Assembly: GCA_002633005.1 (NCBI GenBank) | Contig: NMRA01000165.1 | Span: 529,958-593,957, forward strand | DNA: 64,000 nucleotides | Direction: 5' to 3' | Origin: Phoronis australis | Lineage: Eukaryota > Animalia > Phoronida | Shown here: positions 39,136 through 51,084 of the stretch, one piece after another | Layout of the letters: each line of letters begins with the position of its first letter | Position numbering within the stretch: position 1 is the first letter of the stretch | Notes under the pieces: model-generated | Seen by the model: the letters and a program-made list of their open reading frames with translations, nothing else | The model's database searches: none | Told to the model about the DNA's origin: nothing | Program-made: the position numbers and the translations under genes

Positions 39136-42045
39136 AGGCTGACAACCTAAACAGTTTGTTAGATTGGTTGGCTGTGCTGATGCTTTGCAGGCTAACAGCT
39201 TTGTCAGGACTCTTGTTAAACTGTAATCAAACATGCAGTATATGAAAGTTTAAGTAGTGGAGTGGGTGGGACCTTGTTGCTGTCCCTGAATTAGAACAGG
39301 TTGTTTTGTCAAATCATTGTGCCCTGATTTCTCAGTTATCTTAATGCTTTGGATTATTGTTTTGATAGCACAGCTGAAGGTAGACAGCCCCTAGCTGCCA
39401 TCAGGTACAGGTGTCCCTACAACAGCAGGCTAGTGCGCCCCAAGGTGCAGATGTTATTGTACACCTTGTCTTTTGTATATGATCAGGGGGAACCACTTAC
39501 TTGTCAATCATTGTGGTTATTTGTCAATGGTTTTAGTTTTAATTACTTTTCACTAGTTGGCTTTGTATACACCAGGTTGGTTGTTTGCTGCAAGTCAGTA
39601 TAGGTATTATTTCTGCTGGTTGTTCTGTGCTAATTGTCTACAAATGTCTATGGTGTCGATTTGTGTTAAGTGCAGTCTCCCTTAGGCATTGGATTTATTT
39701 TGAGGAGGTAAAATGGTTGTCCTCTGTTCGTGACTGCCCTTGGTTGTGCAGACCATTTTTCATGCTGTTATTTTTATATAAACGTATCTTTTTGGCTGTT
39801 TATTATTGACTATTGTTTTATAAGGATGTACAACGTGGTGTAAAAGTGGAGGTTTCCAAGGTCAATGTTGTTAACAGGTTGGTAAAGGCTTGAATCTAGG
39901 GAAATTGTGCCATATAGTTTTTGAATCTCTGATTGAATGATTCTTTCTGCCATGAAGTTTCTGGAATTTTTATTGGCATTTGTGTATGGCTTCTGAAAGT
40001 GCTACCATTGATGAAGGTGTCTGATATTCTTATGGTTATGTGGCAACTGTACGTTTTCTTTTCTTGTTTAGTTTATTTTTCTAAGCTTAATTTTGGTAAG
40101 CTGGCGAGCTTCAATTTGTACGTTTCAGTTATGTGCATTACAATTCAATGATTGTATAAGTTAATTTTGCATACTTTCTCTCTCGTCGATTTTGGTGGTT
40201 CTTTGTGAGAAAAAATAAACAGCTTTAAACAGTTATAGTAGCAAGAAAATATTTTTAACATGTTGTTCTCTGACGACCTTGCGCTATACATTTGAAGTGC
40301 AAAAGGATGTTTCGTGGTTATTCTTCCAAGTGAAATTATTTCTTTTTTCGCTTGGTAACATCACGTCATTTATTAAACAAATGAGTGTTTGCTGCAAATG
40401 TAAGTTAGTGAAAACCCGGTCAAGTTATAAATCGGGCTTTCTTGCAAATCTCAAGCTGTCTCTCAATGCCCGTTTCCAATGTCACCATTCCTGCACTCAG
40501 TGTGTGCCGGGTTCTTGTGCAAGGGAATAGCTGTAAATGTGCATTCACTTTTACCGATTTTTCTTTGAATAGCTGTCATAGAAGCTTGTTAAAAAAATAG
40601 TGAAGAATGAAACTGAACCTACTAAGGGGAGGAAACTAGCCGACCTAGTTTCAGTTCAGGCCTGCGGCCGAAAATTTTGAGCTACCTAAAGGTCAAAGAA
40701 ATTAACATGCGTAATTGGTTCTAGTTTGCGTCCAACTCAAGTGCTGCTGAAACCTATAAAACTCACTATTGAAGAAAAATCCCCTTGTGTCCGCATCGCG
40801 GTGTTTCGTTTCAAAAGCTATAGATACAAACTTAGCTAATGTATTATTTAACAAAGGTGCTTGGCACATTCATGACTTATACGCTAGGACTGCAGAATAG
40901 CACCATTGATGTTTACCACTTTGAGATGAAAGTCGTCAGTGCTATTTTTAGAATAACATGACGAATCTATCCCTGCTGAAAATTCAAGCCAAAACCCAAT
41001 TAGAATTGTTAACTGAAGCGCAAGTTTCAATTACCCCATTCCCTGCCAACACAATAGAGAGCCAGCTGGCTGGCCTGCCTCAGTTAAGATGGCATCATAA
41101 AATTCTNGTTTCAAAAGCTATAGATACAAACTTAGCTAATGTATTATTTAACAAAGGTGCTTGGCACATTCATGACTTATACGCTAGGACTGCAGAATAG
41201 CACCATTGATGTTTACCACTTTGAGATGAAAGTCGTCAGTGCTATTTTTAGAATAATCAGTATCTCGTTCGTCTGACAGGTCTATCGTTCTCGTGTCTGT
41301 GCATCAGTCTTTCGTTTGAGTTCACCCAGATGGCGTTGATGTTGCCTGCCGTTCGCTGGTACCCTTAGTAACAGGCTCGTCAATCTACCGCGGGCGCGTT
41401 GCCATAACTTAAATACTTGGAGAAACAAGCTTTTGGAGATGATTTAAAAGCAGAAGTGAAGAAATATTCTAATATGGTCCTAACCATAACAATTTGTGAT
41501 CGACAAAATTACATCGGGAATTCCCACACCGTATTCACTCAACAATAATTGTAATATGTTTTCTGTGCAGGCAGATGCTGGAAGTAGACGACAAAACGTA
41601 AACAAAGTCGAATCAGGTCAACTACCCCGTATTTGTAGGTCGGAGGCTCGCAAAAGTAATAGCTTACACCGAAGAGCACTGGTGGCCTTTCATCCTATTT
41701 GGTCCAGTTTTTTTACGCATATGATAGTGTACCAGCGTGACTTTGAAAACAGCACCCAAAGAAATTCTTATTATCAATGAAGATGATTTTTATCAAACAC
41801 TGAAAACTTTTAATTCGAGAAATCCAGTTCGTCTTGGCGACATGATGGCGTAATCCCGAATAATGTTGAGACCGGCAACTAAAGAGGACAATTAAGCAGC
41901 AGTGAGGGGTTATGACGGCAAGAGAAATCTTCCAAGCAACGGAATTCACAATGCAACAAATTCCGAGAAACTCGCTCTATAGCCGTCCCGATAAGTGTAT
42001 TGCTCACATGACGCACCAAACTTTATTAAAGCCGGTCTCGCCGGA

Positions 42046-42290
42046 TGAAAAATTGGCCAATAGGTGACGCAATATTTCATGGCGCCGAAAGCCGTCGCTA
42101 AAGATCGATCCACAATTTAGCAGCAGAATAACGGTAGAACGCCATTTTTCCAACGCCGTTAAATAATTTAGTTTACTCAAAGAAACTGAAGTTTTTAGTG
42201 AGACTAATTTTGTGTCAGATTTTATCTTTACCACTTTTTTACCTACATCAGCGACAAAGCTGTATATTTAGTATACAGCTTTGTACCAAG
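42046..42290 (-). mobile_element. Third, partial copy of the TAGCCTTGGTACAAAG foldback family
   Basis: Reverse complement of ~7032-7268, ending ...GTATACAGCTTTGTACCAAG. Confidence 0.75.
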
Positions 42291-43309
42291 TTTGGGGTGA
42301 TACTCAGCTATTTTTCGGCAAAGATGCCGCTGAAATATTAGTTTACCTTTAGTACATTTATTTTCAACATGCCTGCAGCCCGTATTATACGCAGTACAAA
42401 GTTACGTGATTTACATCACCTCTTCTTTTACCAGCTGTTAACAGTCACATACATGTACGTAGCACTTTTTAAACTGTCCACGTCAAATTGTGAGGACCCT
42501 TCGTAGCTTTATGAGCTATTAAATTTGATCACACGGGTCTAGTTTCACAGCCGGTCAGTGGAGTTTGGTTGTGCAGGATCATTCTGCTCTTGGCGAATTC
42601 TTTTTGCTCTGCTATTCTTACAGCGACTACAGCCAAAGTAATCATGTTATCATAATAATCAAAACGATTCTGTGGAGTGTCATGAAGTGTTATGGCTATC
42701 CTGTTGGAAAACATACTTTGAAGGTTAAGACTTTATGAAAAATTTTCAAATGTAGCTAACTTGTGAATCCCCTATATCAGTAATGGCTGACTGGATTCTT
42801 AAGAAACTTTCAGATACCATACTTTAAACACTGATCTCCAAAACCCCTTTACGAATTGTTTTTACAGTGATGCACTTTTGCATGAGCTGGCCGGGTGTCA
42901 TGCACTAGGGCTATAGTGATTTGTAAACGAAAAAATAAAAAGCAACGAAGTGGTGACGTAACGTGAACTCTAATAGTGTTTCATCTTGAACCTTTATGTC
43001 AAATGAAATTTGGTCATGATAGCGTTGTTTTCCTATGATTGCATCTTTTCTCTTTATGACTGAGTACTACATAAAAGACTTGGTCACGGTACCAATCAAG
43101 AAGAGCAGAAATTAAATTCTACGTGCTTTCTGATTAAAAATGTAAACTTTTTAGTTGATTTTTTATAGTTCATTGGATATTTAGAGACACACAGAGACTT
43201 TTCGACAAAGCCGTGTACATTTTTTGTCACTTTATTTTGTCACAAGGAACAAGTTCGTATTATGAGAGAAAGAAGTGGTGGAATAAGACGATAGCGACGT
43301 AACTTGGAC

Positions 43310-43740
43310 ACACAGGCAAATAGATCAGAAACATGATTAAACAGCCAGAAACATACAGGTATTCTAAACAACTCAGAAACACATGTAAACAGTTAGAAAC
43401 GTGGATATTCTAAACACATCAAAAACAGCTCAACAGCTGAGAGATGTAGGTCTTATGAATAACTCTGAAACCTAGGCAAACTTAAGCACTCTAAACATCC
43501 CAAAGACATAGGTAAACAGTGTAGGCATTCTAAACAATTAAGTAACATAACCAAACAATCATATGGGCGGAGCAGCACTGAAAAAATTGGGGCTATAGAC
43601 CCTCAGCCCCCCTATGGTGCTCCGCCCATGAATCAGAAATTGACTAAATAACTGTGAAACAGTCTATATAGTAGGTAAATAGACAGAAATGGTGGGTATT
43701 CAATCTAAGAAATTCAGAAACATAAGTAGGCCTATCATAA
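43310..43740 (+). repeat. Degenerate ~16-28-bp minisatellite (AGAAACATGTAGGTATTCTAAACAACTC-like), interrupted by a MITE
   Basis: CAGAAACA(T)...TAAACA units recur through the interval. Confidence 0.55.
43562..43630. mobile_element. Minimal (69-bp) MITE, CATGGGCGG family, 5-bp TSD (AATCA)
   Basis: aatca-TATGGGCGGAGCA...TGCTCCGCCCATG-aatca. Confidence 0.8.
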
Positions 43741-44550
43741 AACAAAAGGGGTACGTTCAATAACGCTAGGATCTCGCTGGAAAAACAAGACTTCGCGAGA
43801 TTACGTGAAATGTTACCATACATTTTAAATGAGAACATGTGGTTTGGGCTGGATTTTCCTAGCCGCGAGAAAACTACTGAACTCTACCCAGATTTGCGTT
43901 CACTGTCCAGAGCTGCCATCTATTCGACAGAGTGCAAACGCGAACTTGTTGAAGATTGGGGGCGGCATTGGTGCCTAATATGTACAAAATGTCGGGTGAG
44001 CACTAGTGTTAGTCATTGGAATTGTGGGAAGTATTCCGTCATGCAAAACGTTGAAAAAAGAGTGCCCGCGTGACGGAAAAATGGCAAAGCACAACGTAAA
44101 AGAAACATCGGGTCATAGAACCGACCATGAAATAATTACACTGACGTCGAAGAAGATGGGAGAAATAAGTGACACAACATTCAACAACGAATATAAACAA
44201 ATTAATCACGACACAACAAAAGAAATGAATAATGTACGACATTTTGAGAAAATTATTTGCAAAATACAAAAGAACGTCTTTTGTCGTTGATTTCCGGCAT
44301 CGTTTCTCATAACCCGAATAACTTAAGTGACGTGAGATTACGTGTCATAACAATGCGAAAAGAACAATTGGCTAACCGATTGCGTAACATCATGGTGGTT
44401 CATGAGAGGTTTTGCTGATGAAGATCGGTACACAGTGTACACACTTTCCGGAAAACCAATGATATTCAGAGAGAATAGTTTAAGTGATAGATCCTTGTCA
44501 ATCGCCGTCACCGAAGCTGAAGTGAGAATCTAGGAAGGACGAAGCAGACC

Positions 44551-47512
44551 ATGGTGCAAATACAAGAAATTCACTCCCCTAAAGCACCGCGCAGTAAAGA
44601 GAAAGGGCGGCCATCTACGAAAATCGAAATTGGTAACAATAATAAAAAGACGCATGTGCCATCTACTGCAGAAACAAAAGATGGTACAGGATGCAGAGAT
44701 ATAGGTCTGTGCAATGGCTGCACCAAAGGGTACTGCTGCAAAAACAAACGAAAAGGAGCAAAGGCCACTGAAGAAAATATAGCAACTGACGAGAAAGGTA
44801 AAGCGAAAAAACGTGATAAAGAAAACGTTAATCACGAAAACACTGAAGACAAATGTGCGGAAAAAATAGCTGATCACATCCGAAGGTCAACAGCAGAACT
44901 TGTGCTCTTTTTTGACCGACAAGGTAATAAAAATGGACCACGTGCCGGGACCAGACCAAGGGTTGAACAGAGAAAAGCTAGGGACGCATCTCTAGCTAAG
45001 AGTGAAAAGTTGCTTAGGACGGAATGCGACTCCAACAAGGAGCAGAAATCAAAGTCGGCAGAAGAGGTGGTTCAGCGACCTAAGAGTGCTCACGACATCA
45101 AAAACAAGTCGTTGAAAAATTCCACAAAGGAACAAAGAGCTAAAGGTAAATTAATGAAAAAGCAAAGTGGCGCCCCCAAAAAGTTAATGAATGAAACCTT
45201 CCACAATAAGTCTGAGAGAACTAATAAAGATCATCTCAATTCGGTGAGAAACAAATCGCCAGAAGATCTTGACGTTCACAAAAAGAAAGAAGTGGCGAGT
45301 GCACTCGACAAGAATGGAAAAGAGAAAAATTCGATTGGAAAGGTGTCGCATAACGTAACTTCGAGGAAGAATGAAGGCATGTCTAAAATTCGATCGCGAA
45401 AAAACACCAAGCTGGCGACAATGCACACGAAAAGACGATTACAAACTCCGTCAAACACAAACAAAACGAAAACAGGCAAACAAATCAAAGTTGAGAAATG
45501 CAGTGAAATGGAAACATTCAAGTGCAATTCAGAACACGAGAAATGTGTCCAGAAAGACAAGAAAGAAAATTCTCCCTTTTCTACGAACGCAAATTTCGAA
45601 ACAAAAACTTATGGACCACAAAATAGGGTCAAAAACATCAGTTCGCGTTTGTCACTATGTTCACTGGCCATTGCTTTCAATAAGCTAAACAAAAAGTGGG
45701 CGGCAAATTCTTCCAAAACAAACGCTACTTCAGAGAAAAATATGAAGCCTGAAGAGGGCACTACAAGGACAGTGAACAAAGCTCACCAGAAAAAGACTTC
45801 ATCTCGAAACAATTCGGCAAACAGAAAGGAGAGAGGAAACCAAGACCTCAACACCTTCAAGCCTTGGTCAAAGTATAGAGAAGTGAAGACCACGGATCAA
45901 AAACAAAGAGTCATCGATGAGCTGGTTCAGAAATTTGAAGATAAAAGAACCAAAATACCTTCGAAGCCTGCAAACAACTCTGCAAAGAAAATGAATCAAA
46001 CACAAGCTTCTGGTAAAGACGATTCTCTAAAAGGACCAAACGAATCGCCAAATAGCACAAAGAACAATTACCTAAAGCACACGTCACTTCCAGCCAGACA
46101 ATCTCCTCTAAAGAACCAAACAAAAACTAGAGGAAAGGAAACAGAAACCAAATTAGTTACTGTGAACAATAATAAACACATTGATGATAGTAGACCAGTC
46201 CGTCAGGTCGTACCACGAGGACGAATCACTAGTGCACCGCCTCACCTGGCAACCAATCTAAACGCCTCAGCCAATCAGCATGGAAAGCATCAGATTCTTC
46301 AAAGCAACAGCCCCGCGAAAACAGAATCCCCACCAAGACATTTTACGCCTCACAACAGTCCAATCAGGCCATTCGGTCCTCAAGCACCCAAAAGTGCCGC
46401 TGGGAACATGCACTCACCAAACTTCGACAGAAGTGCAGCACATAGACCTATGCTTGGCCGTCAACCTGTCCCAATCTTGAACAATTCCCCTGCAAAAAAT
46501 AAGATGCATCCTTTGGATAATGTCCATAACACCATTAACTATCCCGGTCCGACGAATATGACCGCCATGAGGCGTTCTATAACAGAGCTGTCAAAACTCT
46601 TTGGTAAGTTGAAACAGCCACCGAGAAAGGGAGAATTATCTCAAAAACGCGTTCCGCAAACAAGTGCGTCACCTGTTCAAAAGCGGAACACGCGTGGACA
46701 AATTCAGGGCCAAGGTCAAGGCCAAGTTCAAAGTTGCGTGGATTCAACAGAGTTAATGCAACATTTCAGCAAGTTAGCCCAACAAAAGCAAAAAAGGCGT
46801 TTCATTCCATCACCAAAGACCCCAAGAGGTCAAGTGAAGCAAAAATCGTCACAGAAAAGTCCAAAATCAATTACTGATTTGGTCAAACTTTTTGACCCCA
46901 GCTCAAAACCTAAAAGAAAAGTTGATACGAGCAAGGGTACTAGAAGCCAAAACCAATCACCTAATGCTACAGGAATGCTTAATATTAGCGCTTCGGCAAG
47001 CACTGCTTCAAAAAGAAGAGACGAAATGGCAAAAAAGAAGAAAGGCAAAAAGAAAGGTGGAGGCAAAAAGAAGGGGAAAAAGGGAAGCAAAAAAGGGGAC
47101 AAGAAGGGAGCCAAAAAAGGGGACAAGAAAGGAGCGAAAACGGGTGGTGACATGGGTGGACCAAGGCGTGGCCCGGGAAGTCCGCCGCGGGGTGCGCCGC
47201 GGGGTCCTAAAGGAAAACGAGCTTCAAAGTCAAAAAGGGACGTGAACTTCAACCCAAGGAAAGGTATGAAGAAGGGTGGTAGAAACAAAATACCTGGAAA
47301 GAAAGGCAAAAGAGGTTCCAAGTCATCTGATGGCAGCTGTAAAAGAAAGTGTTGCAAAAAGCGCCGACCCTGTCGACCGTGCCCTGATACAGTTAAAGTA
47401 CTGTCGGATTTACAAGGGCTGAAAGAACGAGTTGCCAGTGTTGCCGCTAAAACAACTCCTCTCGTGCAACAGAATATAGCGGATATAGTGCCAGCGGACG
47501 AGTGCGCCAGAC
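44551..47512 (+). CDS. Uncharacterised Lys/Ser/Asn-rich, largely disordered basic protein, large exon 1 (the unspliced ORF runs to 47556)
   Basis: A 3-kb open frame in AT-rich DNA with a good start context (accATGg), a KKG-repeat block and Cys clusters. Strong donor AC|gtaagt after 47512 (phase 1). Confidence 0.8.
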
Positions 47513-47824
47513 GTAAGTTTCCCAGCTTTTTACAACGTGTAAAACTTCAGACATAAACGTGTTGAGTTCAATAATTTATTTCAAGTTTTAATTTCCTAAC
47601 ATTTATTTTCAGAGTTCTACACCTTACAATTCTTTCCAAATCAGTGATCTTCCATGCCCATTTATGGGTAAATCAACACCCGGAGATGAATTAATGTTTA
47701 CTCGAACATAGTTATTAAACCCCACCACCACCAGCACCATCACCACCACCACCGCAAATATCATTCAGCATGATATAATGAATGTTTGTTTCTGATATTC
47801 GACTTGACAACTTTTATGTTGCAG

Positions 47825-48507
47825 CATGCGCAAAGCCGTGTTGTCAGCGCCAGCGTGGGTTTTGCCGCTGCGGGGAATGTCGATCGGTCGACAGTGGAAT
47901 TTCGAAGAAGAACAACGAAGCCTTCAACGACAGCAACAGCAGCGAACAGAACTCGTCTTCAAACAGGAAAGATGACGAAGTCACAGGGAGAGGATCGTGT
48001 GGCAGATGTGGTAAAACCTTCAAATACTCAAGTGGGGTTGACGAAGAGGGTCATCTATCGTCGTACGTATATGACTTAGTTGTGGCGTTATGCGGCCGTC
48101 GCATCGAAGAAGCCATGATCCGTGTCATACCTGCGGCCAGAGATCGCATGCTCGACATCTGCACAGGATGCGGCAAGCCCTACTTCACCGGACGGTGCTG
48201 TCCGGCACGTGCACCAGGTCAGTGTTGTTGTAATGGTGCATCGTTGCCGTGTGGTGATTGCAAGACGCCTTGCTTTGACCCGATGCCGCCGTGTTGCTGT
48301 GAACCCTCCTGCGGTCCTCCTTGTGGTGGCGGAGGTTGTGGAGGTGGAATGGGTGCCATGTGGTCTACCCAGATGGCGTCAATGCCTCCCACAATGGGCT
48401 ACCCGAGGCTGCTAAGCAATCCAGGAGACTTTGCCAGGGAAAGAGTGTTCCAAGCGCTTCAAGGAAAAATTCAGAAAATACTTTATAAAAACATGCTGAA
48501 AGGCTAA
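47825..48507 (+). CDS. Cys/Pro/Gly-rich terminal exon of the same gene (joined product about 1214 aa)
   Basis: Acceptor ttttatgttgcag|CA is phase 1 and joins in frame (..DECAR-P-CAKPCCQ..). Contains CC, CxP and CGPPCGGGGC motifs; TAA stop at 48505-48507. Confidence 0.7.
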
Positions 48508-49941
48508 AAGACGCTTCGAGATCTAAAAATAATTTTATCTTTATTGTGCAAAAACGCATTATTTTCTTGTTTTTCCTCTTCGCTGGAACTTCCTTGTGCT
48601 GTAATTAAATAAAGTTAACGATTTAACATATATTAATCGGTTTTCTTTTACAAGGTTATAGTGCACTCTGAACCCAATGTCTAGGATATCGCAAAAAAGC
48701 AGGTGCTTAAGAGGATACTGAACTGTGTTATTATAACCTACATGAATTAGTTTACAAATAGTAAATCCTTTGAAGATAAAAATCAAACAATTTATTGTCG
48801 ACAGCAAGCGCATTCGATAGCAAATACACGTTTTGGGTGAATGTCCTAGCACGCTAAAAACTATTATGCAAATCTTGGTGTTTTGTAAAACCGGCTCGAG
48901 AGATTGTCAGAACAAGTTTTTTCCTTCAATCGTGTTTTGCAAAATCAGATTCGAAAACTATTTCTGCTTCCTGCTCTTGTTTCGAATTTCTAAGGAATTA
49001 ATTAATGACCCAAATTTATACTTCCACGAATTCAGTAGTCAGCTATTGATATATTGATATATCTTGGTGAATTTTGCCGACAAACATATTTCTAAGAAAT
49101 GTCACTAGTCAAAAAAGAAAATTACAAAATGACTGATTTGAGTAGTGAATTTTGTTCACGGTTTCGGAAACAAAATGTTAAAAGGACTGTTTAGGACGTC
49201 TTTCAGTGGTAACATTGGTTGAAAGATTTGTTCAGCATGTGTTTGAAATGCTTGGTTGTTCAACTACTTCAACGGTGATGTGTCAAACTAATGCACACCA
49301 TGATTAAAATGATTTTCAGTTTTGACGGAATGATCAACCTGTCCAAAATCGTACCACTAATTCAAGTCAATGCCAATCGACACAATTGCTGTCGTGGCAA
49401 GGGAAACTTACTCAAAAATCGCACTGTACAATCGAAAGAATTTTCTTACTGTGGTGGGTCTACCGTGAAACAAGATGATGGCCAAATCACGAGGCAGGTG
49501 GGGGTTGCTGATAACACGTAACTATGGTCGGGACGGCAAAACCATGGGTGCAGTGGGAATGACGGATGGGGTGGAACGAAGTTAGTGTCAAATGGGGGAT
49601 TTGCCCCCGTCTAAGTGAACCTTTCTATGGTTATTTGTCGATGATGCGATGGGTTTTACGTCACGGTGATTGTTCGGCGTGTCTCTTCAATGAAATCGTC
49701 GGGAGGGCAGCAGTTGGTTCGAGCACGGGAGCGAACTGGGCGGTCACGTACCGAGCACAACGCAAGCGTTTAGTCATATCCGTGATCTAACTGTGATTTT
49801 ACTCGCTCACCATGAACGTCACGATAGTATAGGTATTTTTCCATTTTCTCAGGTAATCAAAAATAGTGAACAAGTTAGTAGGGTCACGAAAACCGGGTGC
49901 GGCGGAATGAGCGGCTATCGAGGGCATAATAAGGCTGGTTT

Positions 49942-50256
49942 CAGGGGCGGATCCAGGATTTTGAGTTAGGGGGGCCAGGGCGCAGGAATAACCAGAATTT
50001 TGCCACACGCGCGCGCCCAGCCTAAAATGTAGGGATGCAGGGGTCTCGAATTTATGGGTTTGTGGACCTTGTTAGTAAAAAAAAACGGTAAACGGGGTTT
50101 GTTCAAGGCCTATGCATTGGGCTTTTGCTCCCTAACCCCTTGTGTGCGCGCCTATGCTACTCAGCAATTCGCACCCCGAACTCCAAAATGGTATTTGGGA
50201 GAATTTTAGGGGGGTCATGGCCCCCTTGCCTCCCCCCGCCCCTAAATTCGCCACTG
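49942..50256. mobile_element. MITE, CAGGGGCGGAT family, 5-bp TSD (GGTTT), containing a nested ~150-bp insertion
   Basis: ggttt-CAGGGGCGGATCC...AATTCGCCACTG-ggttt. The segment ~50004-50156, bounded by GCGCGC-type inverted ends, is absent from the copies at 10685 and 27484. Confidence 0.7.
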
Positions 50257-51084
50257 GGTTTTGGTGTCGAAGAGGGAGATTAGAGGCCAAGGAGACGGGG
50301 GTGGATAAGTGGTGGCGACCGGGAACGAACAGGCTGATCTGAATCTGTCGTGATTGACCGTCGGCGAAAAACTTATGTTACTATGTCATTGATCGAGGGT
50401 GAGCTTTTCAAAGTTGAGGGATAATTGTGGATCATGCTTCGGGACGCAGGGTGAGATTTTCATCTGGTGGCTACCATACATGAACATTCTCTTCGAAAGA
50501 GTGTATTGGGCCTACATTCACATAGGGGGGTGGAGCTCCACCTATGAAAAGGGTTTCTTATCTCATTCACTCATCAGACAGTGATCGGGTCAATATTGTA
50601 CAACAAGAATGGACAACAGTTTATAATGGCCGCGTTACTAGCTTTATTACTTGATAAATAAACATTTTGCATAGTGTAAATCTCTACGAAAGGTTCATTT
50701 CAAGCCGTCTCGTTAATGTACGATACGAAAGACTATGAAAGCAGGACCAGAAAATGGGTCCCGTCAAACTTGAAAAGGTATGGTTTTGAATTTCATTTTG
50801 CCCTCTCTCTAAATGTTGTTCTGTACACACAGGGCAGGCGACTTAGTAGAACATTACACAAGAACTAAGCAAAATCGGATGGATGTAATAGTTTCCATTG
50901 GACCTCCCCGCAGAACTTAGTCAAAATGGCATACAGTTGGCCGGGAGTTTCGAACCCGCCTCGGCTAGAAAACGTAGCCCGCGGGTTTTCCGAGAGGCAG
51001 GATTGAAATTGAACCCAACGACAGTTTACGGTAACGATAAGGCAATGAATACGGACTGCAACTAAAACATGCAGCATTTACACA

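Noticed and set aside
39133-39150. Possible stop-codon readthrough as in Drosophila headcase
   Set aside because: Both headcase domains lie in one uninterrupted frame, and the terminal TAA is followed by another in-frame TAA after four codons.
40808-41256. 149-bp direct repeat (40808-40956 / 41108-41256)
   Set aside because: The second copy starts immediately after a single N (41107), which indicates a contig-overlap or haplotype artefact.
43310-43740. Spaced short repeats that might suggest a CRISPR array
   Set aside because: The units are degenerate, contiguous and of variable length, in a eukaryotic context with no cas genes; this is a minisatellite.
46830-47357. 175-aa minus-strand F/L/P-rich ORF and other antisense ORFs over Wnt4, headcase and the orphan gene
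   Set aside because: These are shadow frames of the biased-composition sense CDS.
50935-51000. B-box-like GGTTCGAAAC...CCA on the minus strand (tRNA or SINE head?)
   Set aside because: The T-stem does not pair and no cloverleaf or A-box could be built; at most a SINE fragment.
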